Below, piece by piece: positions 40,927 to 52,600 of a stretch of DNA of 64,000 nt. The DNA is from the human T2T-CHM13v2.0 reference genome, Homo sapiens: NCBI RefSeq assembly GCF_009914755.1, contig NC_060926.1. The stretch is one strand, 5' to 3'. Made by a program: the position numbers and the translations under genes. Below the pieces are notes generated by a model that saw only the letters and a list, made by a program, of their open reading frames with translations, was not told where the DNA came from and ran no database searches. Numbering within the stretch: the stretch's first letter is position 1; every line of letters begins with the position of its first letter.

Positions 40927-41285
40927 TACTATGATCTGAATGTTTGTGTCACTTCAAATTTATATGTTGAAATCCTAACCCCTAAGGTGATGGTATTAGG
41001 AGGTGGCCTTTGGGAACTAATTAGGTCTTCAGGTCACAGCCCTCATCAATTAAATTAGTGCCCTTATAAAATAGGCCTGAGAAAGACCCCTTGCCCCTTC
41101 CACCATCTGAGGACTTAGAAAGTGCCATCCATGAACCAGGAAGCAGGCCCTCCTGAAACACCAAATCCGTCTGTGCTTTGATCTTGGGCCTTTCAGCCAC
41201 TAGAGCTGTGAGAAATCAATTTCTATTTTTTATAAGCTCCCAGTCAAAGGCATTTTGTTACATCAGCCCAAATGGACTAAGACAC
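40927..41285 (+). mobile_element. MaLR solo LTR (MST/MLT1A-like) in intron 3
   Basis: tactatgatctgaatgtttgtgtc...gtgatggtattaggaggtggcctttgg...aatggactaagaca. Confidence 0.8.
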
Positions 41286-41689
41286 CATGCGATGTAACCC
41301 CTTCCCAAGGCATCTTTAGCAAAGAACTCTACAGCATTCATACAATGCTATGCAGAGAAGTACCAACAGAGAATACTAAGCAAAGAAGTACCAAAGAAAA
41401 AAAAAAGGAATGAGAAAGCTCTTTATATACTGATTTTCAAAAATCTTGTCAATTTTAAGTGAAATAAGTGAGAACAGTGTGTATTTACTATTTGTGTAAA
41501 AAAGAAGAGAAAATAATATATATTTACTTATTTATAAGTGCCAATAGCTAGAAGGGTTAAGAAACAGATAACAATGGTTACCATTGTATGCATATCTGTG
41601 TGTGTGTGTGCGTGTGTGTGTGCAAGCTTGGGACCTGGGTAGATGACAGATCTAGAAGGGAGAGAGGCTTTCCATGATAAGAATTAAAT

Positions 41690-42120
41690 TTTTTTAAATG
41701 TTTCGTTTTGAACTAATTGAAGGCCCTCGAGAAGTTGCAAAGGTGGTGCAAAGCAGTTCCAGGTAGTCTTCACCTAGCCTCCTCCAATGATATCATCTTA
41801 CATAACCATACCACATTATCAAAACCAGGACACTGACCATTCATCAAACTACTGACTATATTTGGGTTTTTGCCAGTTTTTACATGCACTGTTTTTTTTG
41901 GTGTATAGATTTATGAAATTTCATCACAGGTATAGATGAAAACACCACCACAGTCAGGATACAGAGCTGCTCCATCACTGCAAAGAAACTCACTCACGCT
42001 CTCGCTTTGTAGGCCACTCCTCCCAAGCCCCCTCAAACACTGACTCCTGGAAACCCCTGATCCGTTCTTCATCACTATAATTTTGTTCCTTTGAATGCCT
42101 TTTGATGTTTGAACCACGTG
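41690..42120 (-). mobile_element. Old L1 (L1MB/MC) 3' end fragment
   Basis: agaagttgcaaa...catcttacataaccatac...attatcaaaaccagg...caccaccacagtcaggatacag. Confidence 0.65.
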
Positions 42121-42443
42121 AATGTATTATCTTGTCAAACTTTAAGAAGAGAACCAAATCACTCTTCACTGATCTTTTATTTAAGTGTGCGTGTGTGTGT
42201 GTGTGTTTTAATGGATCAAGAGGTTGCAATTACTCTTTAAGAGCAAGCGAAGTGGCTCATGCCTGTCCAGCCAGATCTGGGTTCCAAAGACACTGAAGAA
42301 AGATTCCTCTCCTCCTCTCTGTTGCTCCCCATACCTGGGGATATTTTGTGCTAGCTGCCTCTGGGGCTCACAAGTGTGCCATCCCTTCTCGACAGCCTGT
42401 TGTCTGTGCCAGGGTGGGTTAGTTCTGCCTGTCCCCTGCTCAC

Positions 42444-42594
42444 CTTGCGCTTGGCAGAGACTTGCTCGTGGTAGCGGTCAGAGGAGTCCCCGGGGATCTC
42501 ACTGGCCCATAGTGTGATTCCCACTACGGTGTATGCATAGCCAATCACCAGCAGGGGGAGGAAGTAGATCAGCACAGTCACACAGATGTGGTAC
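42444..42594 (-). CDS. TACR1: Tachykinin receptor 1 (NK1R) coding exon 3 (TM5 and intracellular loop 3)
   Basis: Translates as (V)[50 protein letters not shown], the NK1R TM5/ICL3 including His197. Acceptor CTGTAG| at 42595-42600 and donor |GTGAGC at 42438-42443. 151 bp, ending in phase 0 with exon 4. Confidence 0.98.
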
Positions 42595-43139
42595 CTACAG
42601 CAAGGTAAACAGGAAAGGTCAGTATGATATACTTATTATTTTAGGTTTTTAATTTTTGTTATTGTTATTGCAGTCAAGGTTTGGCAGCTACCTTTCTCAG
42701 CATATGCCATTAATAAGCTTGGGCTGTAAAGCCCACTCCAGGGAGACTTGTCACCTGCATAGGGTTGATAGGTAATACTAATGAATACACTACAGAAAAC
42801 AATTTATGTTTTTCTTGTGGACTTTTTCCATAATGAATACTCCTGTTCAGATTAAAAAAAAAGAAAACATTGATGACAGGGCACTGAATCTGTTGTATAC
42901 CCATAGCGATTTCAGTTGATGATCAGTTCAATATCACTTGCCCCACACCACCCCCCAAAACAAGAATGCAAACTCAGGCTACATTAATAGAAGTATAGTC
43001 TCTGAATGAAGGAAGTAATTATACCACTCAATTCATACCCGCCAGACTACACTTATGCTCAACTTAGTGCAGGGTTGTAGACCAACTAGTACGTTCAGTT
43101 GAGAACTACCATGATGGTTGATAAGGCCCAGTTTATGCT

Positions 43140-43430
43140 ATGTGATAAGTGAATTTATCGGTATCAGAATAATTAGCCTGAATGAGAGAGATAAGAGTAA
43201 TCCTAGAACTAGAATTAGTGGGTGGGTGAAAGCCACATAGCATAAGCCATTTCTAAGACTGGGCTTTAAGAATATATCTTCAGATAGAAGCTGCCTGGGT
43301 CCCTGAATTACCCATTGGAGGACAGGTGCCAACTGACTCACGTTTGACTGGGACATGAGCAAGAAATAAACCTTTGTGGTGTTAAGCCACTGAGATATTG
43401 AGGTTTGTTACAGCAGCACAATTTATCCTT
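43140..43430 (+). mobile_element. MLT1J/K-like MaLR LTR fragment
   Basis: catgagcaagaaataaacctttgtggtgttaagccactgagatattgaggtttgttacagcagca. Confidence 0.65.
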
Positions 43431-43609
43431 TTCTGTTAAAGGGAAGGCTCCTTTTCAGACTTAAATAAGGTTTTTGAATTTTGGGAAAATATATTTTTCT
43501 TGGGGGTTTGGGGGTCCTTGGTTTGTCTGGTTAGTTACAGCCCTTTTCTTAGATGTGAGTATAATGGAGATACTCAGAATTCCTAATAATAATAATAATA
43601 ATACTAGGA

Positions 43610-43900
43610 AGAACAGCTAATGTTTGGGGGCACTTACTCTAGGTCACTGTGCTAATAATAATGCTAATGATAGTATTAATAGCAGAAATGGTAGTTAAAT
43701 TTGAGTGTTGATGAAAAGCACAAAGCCAAGCATTTTACTAGCATTATCTTATTTAATCCTTAAGCAAATGATTGGGTAGGTACTATGAATCCCATTTTGT
43801 AGACGAGGAAACCACATTTAGAATTTAATTAATTTTCCCAAATTCACAGCTGGTAAAGGGAGGAGCTGAGATTAGAATCCAGGTCTGTGATGTCAGAAAA
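43610..43900 (-). mobile_element. MIR
   Basis: attatcttatttaatcct...cccattttgtagacgaggaaac...gagattagaatccaggtctgtga. Confidence 0.7.
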
Positions 43901-44581
43901 CCAGCCTTTTGTCAATGGAGAAAAGCCACCCAATGATTTTTTTCTTCCCCTCTGTTTACCATTCATGATTATTTTATGCAATGATTTTCTTCCAATGAGG
44001 AAAACCCACTTATTCACTCAATTTCTCCTTTGTAGATACTGTTTGCTTTTAATCACTTCTTTGTAAAGCCCCACAGTTTTTGCTACTTATTCAGTCCCTC
44101 TGCATATCAAATTTGCATTTGAAGATACTCAAAGACTGCTTAAGTGACAAATCACAGATTGCACCAAGCAGGGTGTGAGTGCATGTGTTCTGTGCAGACA
44201 GGCTGCTCCAGTCTCACCTGGCTTTCAAAGCCCTCTGAATTGTCGCCTCCTTTGGGAGCCTCAGGGCTCTCCAACCACTATGGCAGGGACAGCATATTGT
44301 GTTTCCTAGCTGATCTCAGTCCCTCCTGGTTGCTGTAATGGCATTGCTTGTAAGCAAAATGTTTGGAGACTACAGGGGCAGGGAGAACTTGAAAACCTCC
44401 AAATTGCACTGACTTCTCCTACCTGAAAGAACAGCCCTGCCTCATGCAGACTAATAGTTTGTGACCAAAACATGTTAGCTGAGCTTTGCCGAGACATTGC
44501 TACAGGGCACTGAGCAAGATTGGGTCTGAGTGTGATGGGAGGGACACTATGGTCAACTCGCCGATACTCCTTACCCTGGAC

Positions 44582-44937
44582 CAGTGGCCCTCAAACTCGA
44601 GTGGGCTTCAGTATCACCTGGAGGGCTTCGACAACCCCACAGGGCTGGGTCCCACCCAGAGTTTCAGACTCAGCAGGGCTGGGGTGGGCCTGAGAATTTG
44701 CATTTCTAACAAGTTCTCAAGAGATGCCGATGTTGCTGTTTGTGGTTCAGACTTTGAGAAACATTGTCTTAGGCCAACGGTTCTCAACCGCAAATGTAAA
44801 AGAGAATCACCAGGGAAACTTTTAAAATGATCAGTGCCCAAAGGTATTCATTCAATTGACTTGAGGTTGGGAGCAGGAAATTACATTTTAGAAACTTCCC
44901 CCAAGTTACTGTAATAGACATCTAGCACTGAGAACTG
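44582..44937. mobile_element. Tandem MER5A (44582-44766) and MER5B-like (44775-~44937) MITEs
   Basis: cagtggccctcaaa...ctttgagaaacattg, an 8-bp spacer tcttaggc, then caacggttctcaacc...gaatcaccagggaaacttttaaaa. Confidence 0.7.
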
Positions 44938-45009
44938 TTTCAGACCTTAGGTATGCAAGTCTATTGGGACTCCATTGTTGTCCGTGATTTAATGACTTTA
45001 TTCAAGTGT

Positions 45010-45490
45010 GTATTAACTGTGTTTTCTGGTTCTGTATCTGATACTTTGGCATCTGGGTCCCTGCAGCTCAGGGAGGGACTGTTTCAGGCAGAGCTAATTC
45101 CTTTGGAAAACAAACAACTTTCCACTTGGATGCCTTTCATATGCAAACTAACCGAAACAAAGCCCATACTTCCACTTGCTTGCTTTCTTGGGCTCTTACA
45201 GGGTAGGACACTATTTTCCCGCCCTAATCACCCAACGGCAGGCATCAGACAACTAGGGGCAGCTCCTACACCCCGGAGCCTGCCGAAGTTATTCAAACCA
45301 GCCAATCTTAAACCTGTTTACCCGGCCTTGCCTGCTCCTTCCTGAGAAAACCCCAATAAAGGCTTTCCTGTGTGGCTTGGCTTGGTGTGGGGCCATGGCC
45401 CTTCAGCTTGGGAACTGTGAGTAATAAAGTGTCTTTCAGTGGTAACCATGTCCTGATCTGTTGGCCACACCATACCTGAATACAAAATAC
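45010..45490 (+). mobile_element. ERV1-class LTR (MER31/MER67-like)
   Basis: cctttcatatgcaaactaacc...ttattcaaaccagccaatc...cccaataaaggct...gtaataaagtgtctttc. Confidence 0.6.
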
Positions 45491-45729
45491 AATCTGCTCT
45501 TTCCCTTTGTGAAATCACAGATCAGATCATTATGAACATGCAAAGATAAATACGTAAACATAATTTATCAGCCTTTAAAAAATCCCTCCCTTTTTAAAGA
45601 AGCAAAAGTTATTGTTATTTATTTGAAAACAACAAAAAAAATGGGCTTAATTTCAGCTAAAATGTGTTACAGTCAGGAGCATTGGTTTTTCCATGTTCCT
45701 ATAGAGATAATTAAATACAACATAGAAAT

Positions 45730-46750
45730 AGGATCCAGCAATTCTATTTTTAGGTATAGACACCAAAAATTGAAAGCCAGGACTCAAACAGACATTATTT
45801 GAATCTGCACACAACATCATTCACGACAGCTAAAAGGTGGAAACAACCCAAATGCCCACCAATAGATGAATGGACAAACAAAATGTGGCTTATACTTGCA
45901 ATGGAATATCATTCTGTCAGGCCTCTGAGCCCAAGCTAAGCCATCATATCCCCTGTGACCTGCACGTATACATCCAGATGGTCTGAAGTAACTGAAGAAT
46001 CACAAAAGAAGTGAAAATGGTCTGTTCCTGCCTTAACTGATGACATTACCTTGTGAAATTCCTTCTCCTGGCTCATCCTGGCTCATCCTGGCTCAAAAGC
46101 TCCCCTACTGAGCACCTTGTGTCCCCCGCCCCTGCCCACCAGGGAACAACCCCCTTTGACTGTAATTTTCCACTACCTACCCAAATCCTATAAAATGACC
46201 CCACCCCTATCTCCCTTCACTGACTCTCTTTTTGGACTCAGCCCGCCTGCACCCAGGTGGAATAAACAGCCTTGTTGCTCACACAAAACCTGTTGGGTGG
46301 TCTCTTCACATGGACGCGAGTGAAACATTCAACCTTAAAAAAGAAGGATGTTATGACATGTGCGACAACATGGATGAAGCCTGCAAACATTCTGCTAACT
46401 GAATAAGTCAGACACAAAAGGAAAAGCATTGCAGGATTGCATTTATATGATCTATATAGAATAGGCAAATTCGTGGAGACAGAAAGTAGATGAGAGGTTT
46501 ACCAGGAGTTGGAGGGAGGAGATGGGAGTTATTGTCTAATGGGTACAGAATCTGTTTGAGATAAAGATGTGGATAACTTTGTTTAAGGGTGGGTGGGTAG
46601 AAAATTTCAGCTGTTACAGAAAGGTCGAAATGAAGTATCTCTGGAAATGGAAGGTGGTGATGGTTGCACAACATTGTGAATTTACTTGGTGTCACTGAAT
46701 TGTACACTATAAAATGGCAAATTTTGTTATACATATTTTATCACAATAAA
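45730..46750 (+). mobile_element. L1MB-like 3' fragment hosting LTR7 and a templated insert
   Basis: ccagcaattc...aaaaggtggaaacaacccaaatg...ggaatatcattc [LTR7] aaccttaaaaaagaagg...tggtgatggttgcacaacattgtgaat...ttttatcacaataaaa. Confidence 0.85.
45915..46325 (+). mobile_element. Solo LTR7 (HERV-H LTR), full length, antisense to TACR1
   Basis: Starts TGTCAGGCCTCTGAGCCCAAGCTAAGCCATC and ends GGTGGTCTCTTCACATGGACGCGAGTGAAA; TATAAAA at 46189-46195; AATAAA at 46261-46266; perfect 5-bp TSD cattc (45910-45914 / 46326-46330). Confidence 0.95.
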
Positions 46751-47978
46751 ATTTAGTAATAAATTATGTAAGAAAAATTCAGCTAAGCTGGCATTCTAGG
46801 TTTCCAGATTCGCAGTCTTTTGCTCCCCCAGGCACTTGACAACTACACCCTCCCCGTGCCACATCCCCACTGAAAAATAAAAGGCAGATTTGATCCTTGG
46901 ATGAGATAAAAGGTTAAACACATCCTTCTAAATATTGCTTAGATAAACCCCATTTACATAGAAATTACAAATGCTCAATCCAAACAGTGTCCAACTTATC
47001 AAAAATTATAAGTGAATGTAGGTCAAATCAATGAAATTCCATTATTAGAAAACATAAAATTAAATACTTTTTTTGATCTTGATGTCTTTTTCAGAAAAGT
47101 ATTTTTTAAAATCATATCTTGTAGTTAACTGGAGATATGTCTATTTATATGTATATATTTGTTAAAATCATTATTTTAGAGAGCTGGTCAATGAGCCAGC
47201 ACAATCTTATTTTGTGTGGCTCTATGCTTGCTTTGGCTTTCATTCTGCTATTTCCTAGATTTCTGCCAGTTAGGATTTTATCAGCTCTCAGAATTAATAT
47301 CTGCCTTGGGAGAAGAGATCTGGGGTTAAGGATGCACTATAAGTGAACATAACAGCAACAGCAAGAGACAGCAACAGAAGAGACTGGCTGACCCCCACCT
47401 GGTGAGATATGTGCTGGGTTGTCATAGACCTGAGAGAACCCAGCACCATGATTTTGATCATTAAATCCTGCTGATGAGCTTATCGGAACTTTCAGAAGGA
47501 AGGCTCAAGCAACAACTTCATGCCTTTGTTCATCCCTGTAAGCAGTGAATGAGGCTTGACACATTTTACAGGATAAGCTTGCTGAATGCAGACCATGTAG
47601 CCTCAAATCCTGCAGATTCCCTTGTCCTTAATGCCACAATATCTTGGTGCTCATTAATCTAGGTTTCCTTATATCTCACTAGTGGGATCATTGTTGAAAG
47701 CAAGAACAGTTTCAGTTTCTGAAATAATCCTCAGCATTTGAAATCAAGGTTGATAGGCTAATTAAATAATAACTAGGTGTCTTCATAATGTACTTGGAGG
47801 AGACTCTGGGTGCCTTAAGGTAGGGGAAGAAGGCAGCCAAGAGGGCACAGCTCTGGGTTCTCCATCTTTATTCTAATGAGATAGTTCTGCTTTGCTGGGT
47901 TTACATATTGGCTTTCTGTGGATGATATTGTTTCGGGGTGGGTGGGTAGAAAATTTCAGCTGTTACAGAAAGGTCGAA
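46568..47978 (+). repeat. Dispersed 62-bp direct repeat (copies at 46568-46629 and 47917-47978)
   Basis: 43 bp identical (gggtgggtgggtagaaaatttcagctgttacagaaaggtcgaa) plus 14/19 matching bases upstream. Confidence 0.92.
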
Positions 47979-48084
47979 GAGCATTGATAGAATCCCAACC
48001 CCAATCCAGTGCATTACCATTCTTTGCAATATCCATACCACATAATCATCCAGAATCTTCTTGAATACCCCTGTGACAGGCTGC

Positions 48085-48415
48085 TCACTACTTCTAAAGC
48101 TGAGCTACATCAGCAACCCTTGGAAGCCTATTACAGATGCAGACTCTCAGGCTCCACCCCAGAGGGACAAAATCAGAATATGCATTTTAACAAGACTACC
48201 CAGTAATTCCTGTGTATGTTCAAGTTGGAAGCACATAGCTCTTGGTCTTGGTTGCACATTGGAATTGCCTAGGGAGCCTTGAAAAATTCCAATGTGTAGA
48301 TCCCACTTTAGAGCTTCTGATTTAATTGGCCTGCAGTGCAGCTTTGGGCACCAGAGATCTAGAAGCTCTCCAGGTGATACTCCTGTGCAGCTGGGGCTGA
48401 GAATTACTGGCATTG
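48085..48415. mobile_element. Two adjacent MER5-family MITE fragments
   Basis: atgcagactctcaggctccacccc...tgcattttaacaag; ttggttgcacattggaattgcctagggagc...ggggctgagaattactg. Confidence 0.65.
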
Positions 48416-48884
48416 AGACTTTTGATGCTGGTAGCTGCAACTGATGCAGTTCCTCCTTAAACCCAGTGAAAAAACCTGTGGTCACGTAGCTTTCACACTT
48501 TATCCTATGTCACAAACAAACCTGAATCTGCAAACCTCCTGGGATGGTCCTGCAAATGCAAGGTGACCATGAACCTGCTGTTCCCCAGAGCCCCCTTTGC
48601 ATTGAGGGCTTTTGAGGCCATCTCTCATTTGATACAAGCTGAGCAGCCTCGTTCCTCCTGCTCTTCCTCAAATGTCCTTCAGGCTTTCTCTCCTTCTCAC
48701 AGCATGGTGCTAGATGCTTGACTTTTTACTTCCTGGAAAAAAAATTTCAGGTCCATGTGGCTTCTTGATAGTAAAAGAAAGCAATACTCATGTATTTATT
48801 GGTTCACTCACATCTGGATGTTAGAGCCAAATTCCAAAGACCTTTGAAAGTTCTCTTGCAGGCAGGCAAAAATTGCAACTGGTT

Positions 48885-50330
48885 AATCGATAAATTCAGC
48901 AAAGATTTATTCAGCACCTGTTCTATATCTGGTCTGGTGCTAGGGGCTGGGGACACTGAGGAGAGTTCTAGTCATTGTTTTCTTCTTCCGGAGCTCACAG
49001 TCTGCAGGGGAGTAGTGCCAAAGAGTGTGCCATGGGAAGTGGCTGACAGTGGTTACCTCTTCAAGGGGAGTGGAGACATTAAGGAGAGGCACGAGTGAGC
49101 CTTTTTCAAATATAGATACAATGTAAAAATTAAAAATAAGCCTAAATACATGGTCCAGTGTTTTGTGCATGTGCGTTAGTGCATAATGCATTGGTGAGAT
49201 ATTCAACCAAGCTGGTCAGGGAAGCTTCCTGGAGGAGGAATTGCATGGCTAAGCCCTGATATACAAGTTGGAGGTAGGCAGGTGAGTTGGGCACTATAGG
49301 GAGGGGAGGGAGCAAGTGCAAAGGCATGGGGGAGGAGCCTGGCATGAGGCAGGTACTAAGATGCCATTAGAACTGAAAAGGACATGGCTGTGTGAAGAAG
49401 TGCCACAAGACTTGGCTGGAAAGGAAGACAGAAGCAAATCACAAAGGGCCTTTTATGACAGACTGGAGAGTTGTGATTTATTTTGAAGTTGGTGGAAAAC
49501 CATGAGGTGGTTTTAAACAGAGAATGAACATGGTCAGATACTTGTGCTCTGGCAATAGTGGAGCATGGATGGAGGTGGAAAAGTCCAGAGGCAGTGAGCC
49601 TTTGGGGTGCTCTGCGGGCCTGGCAGGAAGTGGCGCTGGCCTGAGTGAGGGCTGTGGCAGGATGGATGGATGATATGAGGGGAGAGATTCAGGAAGCACT
49701 GTGGCTTGGGGGAAGAGCTGGTGGACTTGGCTGTGGATGGCAGAATTTACCTGAATTTCTGGCCTGGGTGAATGGGGGAGTGAAGGTGACTGTCACTAGT
49801 GTGGGGACCCAGGGAAGAGGAACAGGCTTGTCGGGCAAAGTTGGTAGATTGCCTTTTGGATATGTTGACTTTGAGGGCCAGCAGTTAGATGTCTGTATCT
49901 GGATTTGGGCTGGTATTAGATTTGGGAGTCCTCATGTGTCCAAAAACCATAAGAAGACAAGCGGATGCAAGATGGCCATGAGAAGAGAGGAGGTCCACAT
50001 CTTGCGGTTGGGGGCAATTCCAGGGGAGAGGCTGGAGGGGAGAGGGAGGGGCAGGAGGGAGAGAGACTCCAGGGGCGGGTACAGCCTGCCTCTGAGGGGA
50101 GGGAGGATGAGGGTAGGAACTTGCTCTCTGCTTTGGACATCAGAGACCCAGGGCAGATTCAATTTTAGTGGCATCGTCAGAGAAGGTGATGATGGACCAG
50201 GTGAGTCGAGTGGGAAGTGAGGAAGTGGAAGCAGTAGGTGTAGATTCCATTCTTAATATACTTGGCCACGAAAGGGAGAGGAGAGAGCAGTCGTTAAATG
50301 GGGCCAAGGGCCGAAGGAAGCTGTCTGTGT
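48885..50330 (-). mobile_element. Decayed L2
   Basis: aattcagcaaagatttattcagcacct...gtgctaggggctgggga...gaagcttcctggaggagg...ttttggatatgttgactttgag. Confidence 0.7.
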
Positions 50331-51089
50331 GTTTGGTTGAAAGGATAGGGGATATGAAGCCCTCTGTACCTCTCTGACACATCACCCAGTCTTCCCTGGG
50401 TTATAGCGACACGAGTACATGTCCCATCTTTCTGCAGAGACAGGCCAGGACCAAGCCTCCATCAACTGCATCCAGACATAGGCTCTGGGCAGGAATGTCC
50501 CAGAGTCGCCCTGTATCGTGATGGGGTGACCAATCAAGGTGGATGCTCAAGCGCATGCACTTAAATTCATGGAAGAACTGGCGTCACAGGATCCCCATGC
50601 TCAAATGCTGCTGCCTTCTGGTGGAGTCAATTCCCATGGGGCAGCTCCTCAGAGGGAAGGCCACACTGACACCTACCCATGAACAAGACAGGGAAGGAAG
50701 CAAATTCTTACTGCAGTCTCTGCTCAAATTGCACAAGTCAGAATTTCGTTGTGTTGTTCTCCAGGTTACTTTTTATATACGACTATTTCATCTGCTTGAT
50801 TAGATTAAATGTTCCTTCTAGGCAGAGCCCATGTGGTGCTCCTCTGTTTTCATCACAAAATCAGCACCAAGGAAATACTTCATAGAAAAATATCATCTTG
50901 GGTTTCAAAAAACACTGGAATTCTCACCAGATTTGTCCCCCTCATCCAGCAAGAAGCCCTGTTGACAGCGTCCTCCTCAGAAATTGGCCCAGCATCTGCT
51001 TGAATGAGAGCCTTCAGGCAAAGAGCCCGAGTGCCTGAGCTTTTCTTACCTCTTTCTTCTTTAATAGATAGGTTTCTCACTACAAGTAC

Positions 51090-52600
51090 TATATACTCAT
51101 CGTCGATTTGAAAATACAGACAAGCATTGAAAAAAACTTCAAAGGTTTTTCTAATTATATCACCTAGAAATAAATTCTGAGAAAATGGATTGATATCTTC
51201 CTCTATCTTCCTGATATCTTCCTACACACACTCATATTTGTACACACATAAGAATACTGTTAGATTACTTTGAAAACAACACTATGTCACAATCATCTTT
51301 TTATGTCAATAAGTATTTCTATAACAAAATTTTTAATAGCTGCAATAATGTTCTATTGCATGGAGGTACCATAGTTATTTAGCTAGTCTTCTATTTCTTC
51401 TATTCGGGACATTTGAGTTATTTACAATGATCTAATATTTAAGCGATACTTTAATTAACATATTCAAATATGTGTTGTTGCTCCCATTTTTATTTCCCAA
51501 GGTTAAAGTCACCAGAACTAAGTTAAAGGGTTTTTAAAAGGTTTGATATATACTGTCATTTTCCAGAAAACACGTGCCAATCTGTACCAGTTTATGAGAT
51601 TACCCTTTTGTTTGCACAGCTGCACTGGGCACTATCAGGTATCATAGTTTTTGCCAACATGATAGGTCATACATGGTTCTCTACTTTAATTATAATTCTT
51701 AACTCATTGTAACTTAAAATTTTATAATTGTATTAGTCTGTTTTCATGCTGATAAAGACATACCTGAGACTGGGCAATTTCCAAAATAAAGAGTTTTATT
51801 GGACTTATAGTTCCACATGGGTGGGGAGGCCTCATAATCATGGCGGAAGGTGAAAGGCACATCTCACATGGTGGCAGACAGGAGAAAAACTTGTGCAGGG
51901 AAACTCCTCTTTTTAAAACTATCAGATCTTGTGAGACTTACTCACTATCACGAGAACAGCATGGGAAAGACCTGCTCCCATGACTCAATTACCTCCCACT
52001 GGGTCCTTTTCACAACACGTGGGAATTCAAGATGAGATTTGAGTGGGGACACAGCCAAACCATATCAATAATTATGCTTTTTAATCATTTTCATTTCTTC
52101 TTTTGTGAACTGACTGCTTGTATAATTTACTCAGTTGTATATTGGGGTGGTCATATTGTCTTTCCTAATTTGGAAAGAACTCTTTATGGCTTCTATTGTG
52201 TTATACTTAGAAGGACCTTCTCCATTTCAAAATCACAAAAACATTTACTGATATTTATTTATTTGTTTATTTGCATTATAACTATTCAGCCCATTAAGGA
52301 TTTATTTTGTTGAGTATTATGAGAAGAAACTCCAAATATTTTTTTCTCCAACATTGCTTACACTTTTCCCAGGACCACTTATTGGATACTCTATCCTTTT
52401 CCTGATGATTTAAATTTGCACTTGGACCACATACCACTCACTATATTGTTGGCTCTGTTTCTGGGTTTTTCTTCTGTTTCCTTCATCTATCCCTCCTTAC
52501 TGGTGTCAGCTCTGCACCATCTCAACTTTTATGACTTTGTAACACATCCTTTATCTATGGCAGTACAAATCTCCTCTTATTTCTGGGATAGAAACCGACC
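51090..52600 (-). mobile_element. Decayed old L1 (L1ME-like) fragments flanking a THE1 LTR
   Basis: T-rich, with atttttaatagctgc...ggacatttgagttatttac and ttttcccaggaccacttattg. Confidence 0.55.
51729..52067 (-). mobile_element. THE1 (THE1B/C-like) solo LTR, sense to TACR1
   Basis: tgtattagtctgttttcatgctgataaagacatacctgagactggg...gtggggacacagccaaaccatatca; TSD ataat (51724-51728 / 52068-52072). Confidence 0.92.

Noticed and set aside
42250-42270. Alu-like word gtggctcatgcctgt in intron 3
   Set aside because: Only ~15 bp with no flanking Alu sequence; a chance match.
49645-50220. 191-aa G/R-rich ORF
   Set aside because: Antisense to a decayed L2 in G-rich sequence where stop codons are rare; non-ATG start; no domain.
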